Origin: an uncultured Verrucomicrobiae bacterium
GTDB lineage: Bacteria; Verrucomicrobiota; Verrucomicrobiia; Chthoniobacterales; UBA10450
NCBI GenBank assembly: GCA_963735805.1
Contig: CAVTMK010000004.1
Location: forward strand, 224,001 to 288,000
DNA length: 64,000 nt
Direction of reading: 5' to 3'
In this document: positions 10,254 to 20,587 of the stretch, in pieces
Layout of the letters: the number at the start of each line of letters is the position of its first letter
How positions within the stretch are numbered: position 1 is the first letter of the stretch
Position numbers and translations under genes: made by a program
The notes under the pieces: model-generated
Told to the model about the DNA's origin: nothing
What the model saw: only the letters and a program-made list of their open reading frames with translations
The model's database searches: none

Positions 10254-11315
10254 TTACTTCGCCGAATAGCGTCGCTCATGGTCTAATAACCATTTCTTGC
10301 GCCACAAACCGCCGCCGTATCCGCAAAGCGTGCCGTCCGCACGGATCACACGGTGACACGGAATGATGATGCAGATCATGTTTGTGCCGTTTGCCCGGCC
10401 CACAGCCCGGCGCGCATTTTCATCTCCCAAACGTTTCGCCATCCAGGAATACGAGCGTGTTTCGCCGAGGGGAATCGACTGCAGAATTTTCCAGGCCCGC
10501 AGTTGAAATGGCGAACCAACCGGCGCCAGTGGAATGTCGAATTCAAGGTTTTTGCCCGAAAAGTAATTGGCCAATTGGGAACGGACCACGTCCAGATGAC
10601 GGTGTTTACCCGGTACTACATTTGTCCGCAATCGGTTTCGCAAGGTGGACAACTCGCGTTCGGTCGCGCGGCGGTCAATAAACTCGAGCAGACGCAAACC
10701 TTCGTCGTCGGCAACGGCAATTATTGGTCCGAGTGGCGTATCGATTCGCTCCGCAAATAAAGGTGCGTGCGTCTTCGCGTTGCTCGGCGGCTCACCAAAA
10801 ATCTTCGTGAACGCTTCTCGAAAACCGCTCTCCGATTCAAAGCCACTGCCGTTTCGCGCTTTCTCGACGCGATCACCTCCTCTTACCTGGCTCAGAGCAA
10901 GACCCATTCGGCGCGCGCGATGATAAGCCTGGAAGGTCATTCCATAATGCCTTTTGAATTGACGGCGCGCCGTCGAGGGATCAATCGCCAGTGCCGTCAG
11001 CTCCTTGTCTGTGAGCCGTCCGTCTGGGGCGCGTTCGACCTCCCTGCGGAGACGCTCAATCAATTTAGGCGGGCGTTGATTCGGATCCATGGGATGGCAT
11101 CGCATGCATGGACGATAACCGCTCCCAAGCGCTTCACTCCACGTCGCAAAGAAATCGACATTCTCCGGCGCCGGCTTTTTTGCCGCGCACGTCGGCCGGC
11201 AGAAAATTCCCGTCGTTCGCACTCCGACAAAAAATATGCCTTCAAAACTCGAATCTCGATTCACCAACGCGCGATACATCATTTCCGTCGGCGGAAGAAG
11301 TTCCATTGTTTTCAT
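10254..11315 (-). CDS. ada: Bifunctional Ada regulator / O6-methylguanine-DNA methyltransferase
   Basis: Ada Zn domain (TTGIFCRPTC...YRPCMRC), AraC HTH, active site PCHRV. Confidence 0.95.
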   Translation of the reverse strand: MKTMELLPPTEMMYRALVNRDSSFEGIFFVGVRTTGIFCRPTCAAKKPAPENVDFFATWSEALGSGYRPCMRCHPMDPNQRPPKLIERLRREVERAPDGRLTDKELTALAIDPSTARRQFKRHYGMTFQAYHRARRMGLALSQVRGGDRVEKARNGSGFESESGFREAFTKIFGEPPSNAKTHAPLFAERIDTPLGPIIAVADDEGLRLLEFIDRRATERELSTLRNRLRTNVVPGKHRHLDVVRSQLANYFSGKNLEFDIPLAPVGSPFQLRAWKILQSIPLGETRSYSWMAKRLGDENARRAVGRANGTNMICIIIPCHRVIRADGTLCGYGGGLWRKKWLLDHERRYSAK

Positions 11316-11346
11316 GTTAACAAATTAGGCGTTCCAGTGTATCGAC

Positions 11347-11365
11347 GCATCGACGAAATTCGGGC
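11347..11365 (-). promoter_or_regulatory. 19-bp motif upstream of ada (putative Ada box)
   Basis: GCCCGAATTTCGTCGATGC on minus strand, 31 nt before the ATG; identical copy at 11879-11897. Confidence 0.7.
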
Positions 11366-11379
11366 AACAATTCGACTCG

Positions 11380-11847
11380 TCATGCGCGTTGGATTCGAAA
11401 CGTAAAACAGCCGCGAGTAACGCTACGCGCATCAACAAATGCCGTTTTCGGATTCTGCAGGAGCTTTTCAACCAGTGGCTCCGGATCGCCTTCCTGCGCG
11501 ACTTCGGCGTCGATCATGTTGTAATTTGAATCGTAGGCGCGCAACACACGGCCATTGCGAAAATCAGCCGGATATTCTCCAGTGGCGCTGTAACGCCTGC
11601 ACGCCTCAGCGTGAACAAAAATCGGTCCGGTCTCGGAATATGGATAACCGGCTGGAATCGAAGCGTACGGAAACAGAATGACGCGCTCACCAGGTTGAGC
11701 CCAATGCAGACAGTGCCGGCACGGATAACCGGTTGCCGAATCCACCTTCACGATAACGTGGTCTTCAGCCCCAGACTCCGCGGCGCGGCGCGCGTTTTCA
11801 GCGATATCCGTCGGAAGTGGAACAATACGAAGTGTTGATGTTTTCAT
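11380..11847 (-). CDS. DUF1203 family protein
   Basis: GYPCRHCL...GE..IL..Y...PYSETGPIFVHA..C; GCF near the C-terminus. Confidence 0.85.
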   Translation of the reverse strand: MKTSTLRIVPLPTDIAENARRAAESGAEDHVIVKVDSATGYPCRHCLHWAQPGERVILFPYASIPAGYPYSETGPIFVHAEACRRYSATGEYPADFRNGRVLRAYDSNYNMIDAEVAQEGDPEPLVEKLLQNPKTAFVDARSVTRGCFTFRIQRA

Positions 11848-11878
11848 GACGCAAATTGACTCCGCTCCCTCGCAGCCT

Positions 11879-11897
11879 GCATCGACGAAATTCGGGC
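11879..11897 (-). promoter_or_regulatory. 19-bp motif upstream of DUF1203 gene (putative Ada box)
   Basis: Identical to 11347-11365 and also 31 nt before the ATG. Confidence 0.7.
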
Positions 11898-11931
11898 GTC
11901 GAATTCTAAGCGTCGCTCGGGACTTTGTTGG

Positions 11932-12777
11932 TTATATGGATTCAGCGACAATTTTTGCGACCTCGGCGATGGCTGCCGTTCGCTCGTTTGCGTTCGCTGT
12001 TGAGCCTACCGAATAAATGGCCAAAAAGATCGGCGCGCGATCAGGCGGATACAGGACGGCAATGTCATTCGTCGCGCCGTTTGCGCCGCGCCCGGTCTTG
12101 TCGCCAATCTTCCAGCTATTCGGAATTCCCGCCCGGATCAATTCTGCTCCAGTTTCATTGTGCCGTAACCAATCTTCCAGCTGACGGCGCGATGCTTCTG
12201 ATAAAACGCCGCCGAGCAATAGCTTCTGCATGTCGGAACAAATCGCCGCAGGCGTCGTTGTATCGCGCTCGTCGCCGGGAATGGCGCTGTTCAGGTCCGG
12301 TTCTTTGCGGTCAAGCCGCGTCGCGTTATCACCGAGGGTGCGCGCAAAATTCGTCAGGCCCGCAGGTCCGCCAATGGCTTCCAGGAGGAGGTTGCCGGCT
12401 GTATTATCGCTTTGTTCGATCGCGGCGGCGCATAGCGCGCCCAGCGTCATGCCGCCATCTTTGAGATGTGCCTTTGTGACTGGCGCATATTCCAGGATGG
12501 CTTTCGCGTCATAAGACACGAATCGATCCAATTTATCTTGTTTTTCATCGACGCGTTTCAACACAGCAGCAGCCGCGAGAAGTTTGAACGTGCTGCACAT
12601 CGGAAATCGCTCATCTGCCCGATAACTAATACGTTTGCTGTTGCTGATATCGAACACGGCCACGCCGATTCGGCCACCGATTCGTGTCTCTATTGCCGCA
12701 ATGCGAGCTGCCGCATCATTTTCGCCAAACGTTGCGCTGGCAGCCAGGAAGATTAGCGACAACAAACTTTTTACCAT
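11932..12777 (-). CDS. bla: Class A serine beta-lactamase
   Basis: RFPMCSTFK (SxxK), SDN, omega-loop EPDLN, DKTG; signal peptide from ATG 12777 overlapping the upstream stop. Confidence 0.93.
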   Translation of the reverse strand: MVKSLLSLIFLAASATFGENDAAARIAAIETRIGGRIGVAVFDISNSKRISYRADERFPMCSTFKLLAAAAVLKRVDEKQDKLDRFVSYDAKAILEYAPVTKAHLKDGGMTLGALCAAAIEQSDNTAGNLLLEAIGGPAGLTNFARTLGDNATRLDRKEPDLNSAIPGDERDTTTPAAICSDMQKLLLGGVLSEASRRQLEDWLRHNETGAELIRAGIPNSWKIGDKTGRGANGATNDIAVLYPPDRAPIFLAIYSVGSTANANERTAAIAEVAKIVAESI

Positions 12778-13235
12778 CGATGAAACGCGGGATGACCTTC
12801 TTTCACCGGGACAAAAATTCCGCGACACGTTGCGCATACCTTTCCACGCGCGGTGAGTGTCCCTTCAATCGTCGCACGATCGTCGGTCAGATCGACAACC
12901 TTTGCGGAGAGAAAAACCGTGCCATCCGTCGGCGTGGGTCGGAGCAATTTGATTGCATACTCCGCCGTGACAGTGCACGGCGGATGATCCTCCCTTGTGT
13001 GCTTCATCAGATGATAGGCTGCCGTCCAATTGCAATGGCAATCGAGCAACGTGCCGATGACGCCGCCATTCAGAACCCCCTCAAACGCTTCGTATTTTTT
13101 TTCTGGTCTCCACTCTGCAACCACTTCCCCGTTTTTAGGAAAGCTGCGGATATGCAATCCTTCGGTATTCGCCGGACCACAACCCCAACAGGCATTCTTC
13201 GGTGCGTACTGTTCCTGAAGCGACTCGCCAATCAT
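12771..13235 (-). CDS. PaaI/hotdog-fold thioesterase
   Basis: CWGCGPAN..GL, GVLNGGVIGTLLD, VTAEY.IKLLRPTP; start MIGESLQ at 13235. Confidence 0.88.
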   Translation of the reverse strand: MIGESLQEQYAPKNACWGCGPANTEGLHIRSFPKNGEVVAEWRPEKKYEAFEGVLNGGVIGTLLDCHCNWTAAYHLMKHTREDHPPCTVTAEYAIKLLRPTPTDGTVFLSAKVVDLTDDRATIEGTLTARGKVCATCRGIFVPVKEGHPAFHRW

Positions 13236-13401
13236 GCTGAGATTAATGAGGCGGCAGAGCCGCAGTTTTTCTGCCAACGCGTTGAAGACAACGCGTTCCA
13301 CCTCCGAATTCGCAAAAGGTGGATCGGCTGCTCCGAAGACGATGCCAAGTCCAATCGCCGAAGCCGCAGCATTTTTCCGCTTCGTGATTCAAACTATCGA
13401 T

Positions 13402-14541
13402 TTATTCACCGCGGACATGGGAACCTGGATACGCACGCAATTCGTGCCCAATGTAAAGCGAGCGCGGCCGAATGAGCCGATTATGATCGTGCTGCTCGGT
13501 CACGTGCGCGCACCAGCCGGCCACGCGTGAGGCTGCAAAGAGAGGCGTGTTCAATTCCGGTGGAAATCCAAGCATCCAAAACACCGGCGCCGCGTAAAGA
13601 TCGACATTGGCACAAAGATGTTTTTCGCGGTCCATTACTTCCTCGAGCTTTTCGCAGATTGGCACCCATTGTTCCTTTCCGATTCGCTTGCCCAGATCGC
13701 GCCCAATCTCACGCATTACGGGCACCCGTGAATCGCCCTTTTTGTAAACGCGATGGCCGAACCCCATGATCTTGTCCTTGGTCCCCAATTTTCTCATTAA
13801 CCAGGCTTCCGCGCGATCAGGTGTCCCGATCTCTTCGAGCATCTTCATCGACTCCTCGTTGGCACCGCCGTGCAGCGGACCTTTAAGCGTCGCTACCGCT
13901 GAGGTGACCGCAGCGTAGATTCCCGCCAGTGTGGAAGCGGTCACGCGTGCGGCAAATGTGGACGCGTTAAATTCGTGATCGGCGTAAAGATTGAAAATTG
14001 TATCCAGCATTCGGATTTGCCAATCCTGCGGAACTTTGCCCTCCAATTTGTAGAAGAAATTGCCGGCTTGTGTGAGATCAGGCTTTTCTGGGATGGGCTC
14101 TTCACCATGTGAGATGCGCCAGCCGTCAGTGATCAGGGTCGAAACACGCGCAATCAGGCGGATTGATTTACGGATGTTCGCGTCGTGCGAATTGTCGCTC
14201 AGATCCTTATCAAAAGCGCTCAGCATCGACACGCCGGTACGCAACATGTCCATCGGATGAGTCTTGCCCGGGAGAAGCCGGAGCATTTGGGTCACCGGAC
14301 CTGGCAACGATCGTTCCGCGGCAATTTGCTGCGTGAACTCGACTAATTGTTTCCCGTTGGGTAACTCCCCATTAAGCAGCAGGTAAGCAACTTCTTCAAA
14401 ACTCGCTTTCTGCGCCATTTCATGAATGTCATAGCCGCGGTACATCAGACCCGCGTTCGGATCGACCCAGCAAATTGCCGTCTCGCCTGCAATCACACCC
14501 GCTAATCCCGGGCTGTATTCTGGTTTCTTTTCAGTAGCCAT
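13402..14541 (-). CDS. prpC: 2-methylcitrate synthase / citrate synthase
   Basis: DHEFNASTF, GPLHGGAN, MGFGHRVYK, NVDLY; follows prpD-prpB. Confidence 0.9.
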   Translation of the reverse strand: MATEKKPEYSPGLAGVIAGETAICWVDPNAGLMYRGYDIHEMAQKASFEEVAYLLLNGELPNGKQLVEFTQQIAAERSLPGPVTQMLRLLPGKTHPMDMLRTGVSMLSAFDKDLSDNSHDANIRKSIRLIARVSTLITDGWRISHGEEPIPEKPDLTQAGNFFYKLEGKVPQDWQIRMLDTIFNLYADHEFNASTFAARVTASTLAGIYAAVTSAVATLKGPLHGGANEESMKMLEEIGTPDRAEAWLMRKLGTKDKIMGFGHRVYKKGDSRVPVMREIGRDLGKRIGKEQWVPICEKLEEVMDREKHLCANVDLYAAPVFWMLGFPPELNTPLFAASRVAGWCAHVTEQHDHNRLIRPRSLYIGHELRAYPGSHVRGE

Positions 14542-14601
14542 TGGTTTCTCTTTACTTGTGAATCACAATCGTTCAACTCATCGGACTTAACCAGTTAAGA
14601 T

Positions 14602-15468
14602 TCAACATCCACCCTTCCAACTTTCCGCTGCCGGGTCGTAATCGAGCAATTCATAAAGCTGTTCCCGCGTTTGCATCTTATCGATCCAACCCGATTGCGT
14701 TCCTTGTTTCTTCAGATCGCGCAAAAATTCCTCGCTCGCTTTCATTGAAATCCGAAACGCGCTCTGCGGAAAAATTGCCATTCTGTATCCGAAGTCTGAG
14801 AGTTCTTGAAACGAAAGAAGAGGACTTTTACCGAACTCAGTCATATTCGCGAGGAGGGGTGCATTCACTTCGCGAGCGAACCTCTTGAATTCATCCGCGC
14901 TTTGCAGGGCTTCAGGGAAAATCGCATCCGCACCCGCCTCGAGATAACGGCGGGATCGTTCCACGGCACGATCGAAACTTTCGACTGCTCGGGCATCTGT
15001 ACGCGCAATGATCACAAAATCGTCGTCTCGGCGGGCGTCCACCGCCGCTTTGATTCTCCCGGTCATTTCATCAACGTCGACCACCGATTTGCCGGCAAGA
15101 TGTCCGCAGCGCTTGGGAAATTCCTGGTCTTCAATGTGACAGCCAGCCAGGCCCGCTTTTTCGAGTTCGCGAATGGTGCGCGCGACATTCTCCGTGCCAC
15201 CGAAACCGGTGTCCGCATCGACGATTGCGGGGATCGTCACCGCGTTCGCAACATACCCGGCCAGCCTCACAACCTCTGTCATCGAGAGCAACCCGATATC
15301 CGGCACGCCGGCGGTTGCATTCGCCATTCCCGCGCCGCTGATGTACACCGCATCAAAGCCGGCACGCTCCACTTGCCGCGCGATTGCCGCGTTCGGCACA
15401 CCGGGCAGCATGACACAACCTTGTCCAATCAATTCACGTAATCGCGCCGGTTTGCTTCTTTTTGTCAT
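14602..15468 (-). CDS. prpB: 2-methylisocitrate lyase
   Basis: DADTGFG, IEDQEFPKRCGH, LLANMTEFGKSP. Confidence 0.93.
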   Translation of the reverse strand: MTKRSKPARLRELIGQGCVMLPGVPNAAIARQVERAGFDAVYISGAGMANATAGVPDIGLLSMTEVVRLAGYVANAVTIPAIVDADTGFGGTENVARTIRELEKAGLAGCHIEDQEFPKRCGHLAGKSVVDVDEMTGRIKAAVDARRDDDFVIIARTDARAVESFDRAVERSRRYLEAGADAIFPEALQSADEFKRFAREVNAPLLANMTEFGKSPLLSFQELSDFGYRMAIFPQSAFRISMKASEEFLRDLKKQGTQSGWIDKMQTREQLYELLDYDPAAESWKGGC

Positions 15469-15494
15469 GTCCAGCGAAGTCGCGACTTTCCTTG

Positions 15495-16865
15495 CTATTT
15501 GTGCGGCATCTCCAACGCTTTCATCAGTTCATCAATATTCGCGGCTGCGTCCAGCTTCCACGCAAGATCGACAATCCTCTTTGCACGTTTTTCACCAAGC
15601 GCCGGCTCAACGAGTGCAAAGAACTTTTCTTCCACTTCTGAATCCTTCAGCGGGTTTTTCGCGTGCCCCATTGGGTATTCCACGCGCTTGGTTAGCCTCC
15701 TTCCATCGGTAAGATCGACATGAACGATGTTCGCAACTGCATCAGGATACATACCGCTTAGCTCTGCATGGCGTACCACCTTCACGTTCTCCAAAAATTT
15801 CCAAATGTCCGGGTGGCTAAAGCGCTCGCAGTCGAATTGTTTTTCCGTTACTTCGCCATCGAGCAGCGCAATTGCAGTGATGTATGGCAAACTGTGATCA
15901 GCCGTTTCGCGCGTCTCCGGTTTCCATTTCTCCGGCTCGCTACCGATGATATCGACGGAGGCGTCGTGACTTTCGATTGTCACGGATCTTATCTTTGCGA
16001 GATCGTCAATTTCTTTGCGCAACGAGAGGGCCGCCTCAATGGCGCTTTGGCTGTGATATTCGGCCGGCCAAAACTTGATGCTCGTATTCAAAATCATTTG
16101 CGGCGCGCCACGGAATTTTTCTCCCACGTTTCCCAGCGAAACGCCCAGTTGTTTTTCGAAGGCCATTTGCCCTTCGAAAATTGGCGCCGGGCCGGTCATT
16201 CCTGCGCGTGCAAGCAGCGCCGAGTAAACACCGCGGCGTGCCGCGTCTGCAAAGGCGACCCCCTTCCAGTGCGAGAGTTCCCCTGCACGCGACTGGCGCA
16301 TTGCCGCACATGCAACTCCAGCAATGTTTACAGCGTGGCGCGTTTTTTCTGGATCGAGCTTCATCAGGTGCGCGCACGCGAGCGCCGTGGAGAACGCGCC
16401 GTAAGTCACGTGGTCCCAGCCACGCGCGCGAATACTCGCGGCATCGCATAGCCGGCATTGCACTTCATACGCGAGTGCGATGGCAGCGATCAATTGCCGT
16501 CCAGTCGTGCCCACGCTTTCAGCCGCCGCCAGGGCCGCTGAAATATTATCGCTCGGATGCGCAGGCTCTTTTGAAAGATAAGTGTCGTTATAATCGAAAT
16601 AGCGAATGCAACAGCCATTGGCAAATGCTGTCCAATCAGGAGGCGCCTTATGGATCGTGCCGATGATTGTCGCACCGTTTCTAGCCGAAAAATCGGAAGC
16701 GACGTTTCGCGCTATGACGCATGGCTCTTCATTCCACGCGCCCAGCGCGCAGCCCAGCGAGTCGATAATGCGCCGTTTTACTTCGTGCACGACTTCTTTC
16801 GAAAGATCTTCAAACCCGACCGAAGAGGAATAATTAGCAAGTTGATGAGCAAGTGTTGTCTTCAT
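15495..16865 (-). CDS. prpD: 2-methylcitrate dehydratase (MmgE/PrpD)
   Basis: RYFDYNDTY..KEPAHPSDN, GELSHWKG, ETADHSLPY. Confidence 0.93.
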   Translation of the reverse strand: MKTTLAHQLANYSSSVGFEDLSKEVVHEVKRRIIDSLGCALGAWNEEPCVIARNVASDFSARNGATIIGTIHKAPPDWTAFANGCCIRYFDYNDTYLSKEPAHPSDNISAALAAAESVGTTGRQLIAAIALAYEVQCRLCDAASIRARGWDHVTYGAFSTALACAHLMKLDPEKTRHAVNIAGVACAAMRQSRAGELSHWKGVAFADAARRGVYSALLARAGMTGPAPIFEGQMAFEKQLGVSLGNVGEKFRGAPQMILNTSIKFWPAEYHSQSAIEAALSLRKEIDDLAKIRSVTIESHDASVDIIGSEPEKWKPETRETADHSLPYITAIALLDGEVTEKQFDCERFSHPDIWKFLENVKVVRHAELSGMYPDAVANIVHVDLTDGRRLTKRVEYPMGHAKNPLKDSEVEEKFFALVEPALGEKRAKRIVDLAWKLDAAANIDELMKALEMPHK

Positions 16866-16960
16866 GAAAGTTGCGATTTCAATCTGCCGATGAAAATCAT
16901 GGCGGCAAGCGATTGTCGATGGTTGCTCTACCGTCTAAAAATGCGCACTATCCTTTCTAG

Positions 16961-18319
16961 ATGAACAAGGTATATGCGACTGCGAAAGCCGCGCTGGATG
17001 GATTACTGCACGACAACATGACCATCGCTGCCGGCGGATTCGGATTGTGCGGCATCCCAGAGAACCTGATCGCCGCAGTGCACGAGAGCGGCGTGAGAGG
17101 ATTGACGATCGTCGGCAACAACGCGGGCGTGGACGATTTCGGCATGGGAATTTTACTGCCGGCGCGCCAGGTGAAAAAAGTGATGGCGTCGTACGTCGGC
17201 GAGAACAAGGAGTTCGAGCGCCAGGTGCTCGCCGGCGAACTCGAGCTCGAGCTTATCCCTCAAGGCACACTCGCCGAAAGATTACGCGCGGGCGGCGCGG
17301 GAATTCCGGGATTTTACACGCGTACTGGTTTCGCCACCAAACTGACTGAAGGCAAGGAGACAAAAAAATTTGGCGACGACGATTACGTCCTCGAGCCGGG
17401 TATCACCGCGGCGTTGTCGATCGTGAAGGCATGGAAGGGCGATAAATCCGGCAACCTCATTTACCGCGAAACATCGCGAAATTTTAATCCGATGATCGCC
17501 ACTTGCGGCAAAGTCTGCGTCGCCGAGGTCGAAGAACTGGTTGAGATCGGCGAGCTCGATCCCGACCAGGTTCACACGCCGGGCATTTTCGTTAACCGAA
17601 TCATTCAGGGCGCAAAATACGAGAAGCGGATTGAGTTCCGCACGGTTCAGGGCGCGGCCGCGTCGAAGAAAGAAAATCCGGTGCGCGAACTAATGGCGAA
17701 ACGCGCCGCCCAGGAATTGCGCGACGGTTACTACGTCAATCTCGGCATCGGAATTCCGACGCTCGTTGCCAATTACATTCCCGAAGGAATTCACGTTACG
17801 CTTCAGTCTGAGAACGGCCTGCTCGGTATCGGCCCATTTCCCAAACCCGGCGAAGAAGACCCCGACTTGATCAATGCCGGCAAACAAACCATCACAGCGA
17901 TGCCGGGCTCCGCGTTTTTCTCGAGCGCGGATTCGTTTGGACAAATTCGCGGTGGACATATCGATCTTGCGATTCTCGGCGCGTTCGAAGTGACAGACAA
18001 AGGCGACATCGCAAACTGGATGATTCCCGGAAAGATGATCAAGGGACCTGGCGGCGCGATGGACCTTGTCGCGGGCGTGAAGCGCGTGGTCGCAGTGATG
18101 GAACACACGTCAAAAGATGGCAGTCCGAAAATTTTGAAAAAATGCACGCTGCCAATCACCGGCCTCGGCGTGGTTAATCTCATCATTACCGATTTGTGCG
18201 TGTTCGAGGTGAAACCCGATGGCGGCGGCCTCGTGCTCACCGAAATCCATTCCAACGCGACGGTGGACGAGATTCGCGTAAAAACCGGCGCACCGTTTGG
18301 AGTCGCGCTGAAGAAATAA
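16961..18319 (+). CDS. Succinyl-CoA:3-oxoacid CoA-transferase, fused A+B subunits
   Basis: [41 protein letters not shown] (catalytic Glu), GGAMDLV. Confidence 0.93.
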   Translation: MNKVYATAKAALDGLLHDNMTIAAGGFGLCGIPENLIAAVHESGVRGLTIVGNNAGVDDFGMGILLPARQVKKVMASYVGENKEFERQVLAGELELELIPQGTLAERLRAGGAGIPGFYTRTGFATKLTEGKETKKFGDDDYVLEPGITAALSIVKAWKGDKSGNLIYRETSRNFNPMIATCGKVCVAEVEELVEIGELDPDQVHTPGIFVNRIIQGAKYEKRIEFRTVQGAAASKKENPVRELMAKRAAQELRDGYYVNLGIGIPTLVANYIPEGIHVTLQSENGLLGIGPFPKPGEEDPDLINAGKQTITAMPGSAFFSSADSFGQIRGGHIDLAILGAFEVTDKGDIANWMIPGKMIKGPGGAMDLVAGVKRVVAVMEHTSKDGSPKILKKCTLPITGLGVVNLIITDLCVFEVKPDGGGLVLTEIHSNATVDEIRVKTGAPFGVALKK

Positions 18320-18321
18320 TT

Positions 18322-19605
18322 TTACGCCGCGCGCTGGCGCGGACAGATCAGCACTAATACGGACGCGATCACGAAACAGGCAATCATCACCGCGAATCCG
18401 CCGTTGAACGATCCGCTGCGCTGACTGATGTCGCCGATCATCTTCGGTCCGAAGAAGCCGCCGATGCTCGCCGTGCAATTAATGAAGCCTACGGCCGCCG
18501 CAGCGGCCGAAGCACTCAAGAACCCCGAAGGCAACGCCCAGAACGCCGGCAAATAAGCAACAGTCCCAAATCCCACCAGCGTAAACAGTGCGACAAGTAA
18601 CGCGTTCGAATGCGGAAACGCGAGCAACGCGATCAATGCGACGGCCGCGGTCAATTGTGGAGCGGCAAAATGCCAGCGGCGTTCGCCCGTGCGATCGGAA
18701 CTCCAGCCCAGCGCCAACATGCCAACGAGTCCCCCCAGAAATGGGATCGAGCCAATCCATCCGATTTGCGCGACGTCCGTCCACCCGGTGAGCCGTTGCA
18801 GCATCGTCGGCATCCAAAACCAAAACGCGTAGCCGCCGGTGTAGGTAAAAAACAATCCAGTTGTCAGGATCAACACCGCCGGATGTCGAAGCGCTCGCCA
18901 GATCGACATGTATTCGACATTTGCTTTCGCGCGGCGTTCTTCTTCCAGCTTCGAAACGAGCCAATCGCGCTCGTCCGCGTCAAGCCACCGCACTTTGTCA
19001 GGCCGATCCGGAAGAACGAAAAGCGTCGCAACGCCGAAAATGACCGCCGGAATTCCTTCCAACAAAAAGAGCCAACGCCAACCCGAAAAACTCAGCCAGT
19101 GGACGCCCAAAATTTTTCCAGCAATCGGTCCGCCAATGATAAAACCAATCGGAATCGCAGCCATGAAACGCGCGACGGCTTTGGCTCGGTCTTTATAAAT
19201 GAACCAATGCGAAAGATAAACGATTACGCCGGGAAAAAATCCCGCTTCAGCCGCGCCAAGCAGGAAACGCGCGCCGTAGAGTTGATGCGCACTGTGGACA
19301 AAGCCGGTCAGCGTCGTGAGCGCTCCCCATGTGATCAACGTTATCGCCAACAAAAGTCGCGCGCTCCAGCGTTCGACCAACAGCGCTCCGGGAATTTGCA
19401 ACGCGAAGTAACCAATGAAAAAGATTCCGCTCGCGGTGCCGAAGACGGAATCGGTCAGGCCGAGATCGCCTTTCATTCCGAGCGTTGCGTAAGCGATGTT
19501 GGTGCGGTCGAGATAATTCGCGAAGTAAAGCAAAAACAGAAACGGCAGCAGCCGCCACGCAATCCGACTACGCGCACTTTCCCCAACGTCCATTTCCGAA
19601 ACCAT
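18322..19605 (-). CDS. MFS transporter (anion:cation symporter family)
   Basis: WRLLPFL..YLDRTNI, GAAEAGFFPG, GWRWLFLLEGIP. Confidence 0.9.
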   Translation of the reverse strand: MVSEMDVGESARSRIAWRLLPFLFLLYFANYLDRTNIAYATLGMKGDLGLTDSVFGTASGIFFIGYFALQIPGALLVERWSARLLLAITLITWGALTTLTGFVHSAHQLYGARFLLGAAEAGFFPGVIVYLSHWFIYKDRAKAVARFMAAIPIGFIIGGPIAGKILGVHWLSFSGWRWLFLLEGIPAVIFGVATLFVLPDRPDKVRWLDADERDWLVSKLEEERRAKANVEYMSIWRALRHPAVLILTTGLFFTYTGGYAFWFWMPTMLQRLTGWTDVAQIGWIGSIPFLGGLVGMLALGWSSDRTGERRWHFAAPQLTAAVALIALLAFPHSNALLVALFTLVGFGTVAYLPAFWALPSGFLSASAAAAAVGFINCTASIGGFFGPKMIGDISQRSGSFNGGFAVMIACFVIASVLVLICPRQRAA

Positions 19606-19721
19606 GCTTGCAGCCACGCTAAGACACAAACGGCGATGGCGTGCTCATGTCTGAACCAATTCGGGAAGCCATTCAACACTGCGGCGAGACTGGAAAGGAA
19701 AGCGACCTGATACTTGAGTGG

Positions 19722-20486
19722 TCAGGTTAATGTCGCAACGAGTTCGCGAAGGAAGCGTTCCACTTCTGAAGGGTCCCTGAGTGTATATCTGGCCGCAGTA
19801 GCCCTCGGTTTTTCGCTTACAAGAATTCCTACACCGCGTCGCTCGAGTACGCGAAAGGCATCTTCATCGGTGCGATCATCTCCAATATAAATCGGGTTTG
19901 GACGCTCCAAACCCAGCTTTTCCAATAACCAGAGCACGGCCTTGCCCTTATCCCAGTCGATGTTGGGCAACAACTCGTAGACTTTTTTACCATCGATCAT
20001 GCGCAGCTGTTGGTGTCGCGCGGCCGCTTCGCTCATGGCTCGCTGTAACTTGGGAAAGTCGTGTTCACTTACGTTGCGGTAATGCGCAGCGATGGAGAAA
20101 CATTTTCTCTCAGTCAGTGCGCCCGGAATGCCAGCGAGTTTTTCTCGGATCTCCTTTTCAGCAAAATCGAGCGCCGGCAAAAACTCTATCGCCTCTTGTC
20201 TGCGCAAGCCGTCGGGCCCGGCGATGTCAAATCCGTGGCTGCCAGCGTAAACGAGTCCTTCAATATCAACACGCTTGCTAATGTCTTCGAGCTCTCGACC
20301 GCTGAGGATTGCGACAGGTACTTTCGCCGTGAGCGCGCGCAGAATTGCCCGAGTGGACTGTGAAAGCACCGCCTGATCAGGCCGACTGACTATCGGCGCA
20401 AGTGTGCCGTCGTAGTCCAGGAAAACGGCGAACGGATCACCGTGCGGTGCTATCTCTTGAACGTGGTCCAGAGCAGAAGGAAGCAT
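19722..20486 (-). CDS. otsB: Trehalose-6-phosphate phosphatase
   Basis: FLDYDGTLAPI, SGR, GSHG, WDKGKA, GDDRTDEDAF. Confidence 0.93.
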   Translation of the reverse strand: MLPSALDHVQEIAPHGDPFAVFLDYDGTLAPIVSRPDQAVLSQSTRAILRALTAKVPVAILSGRELEDISKRVDIEGLVYAGSHGFDIAGPDGLRRQEAIEFLPALDFAEKEIREKLAGIPGALTERKCFSIAAHYRNVSEHDFPKLQRAMSEAAARHQQLRMIDGKKVYELLPNIDWDKGKAVLWLLEKLGLERPNPIYIGDDRTDEDAFRVLERRGVGILVSEKPRATAARYTLRDPSEVERFLRELVATLT

Positions 20487-20510
20487 ATTCGATTTAACAA
20501 AAAGAGTTAA

Positions 20511-20575
20511 AAGAGTTACAACGTTACAAGGCTAAAAGCATTCCAGACTGAATGCGTTGTAACAATGTAACTTTT
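20511..20575. repeat. Inverted repeat of tandem GTTACA units in the otsB/otsA divergent region
   Basis: AAGAGTTACAACGTTACAA ... TTGTAACAATGTAACTTTT with inner GCATTC/GAATGC. Confidence 0.65.
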
Positions 20576-20587
20576 ACCCGTTGTAGC

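Noticed and set aside
13402..18319. prpDBC plus CoA transferase as a novel pathway
   Set aside because: Ordinary methylcitrate cycle and ketoacid CoA transferase.
18610..19710. 366-aa plus-strand ORF
   Set aside because: Antisense to a clear MFS gene; composition not protein-like.
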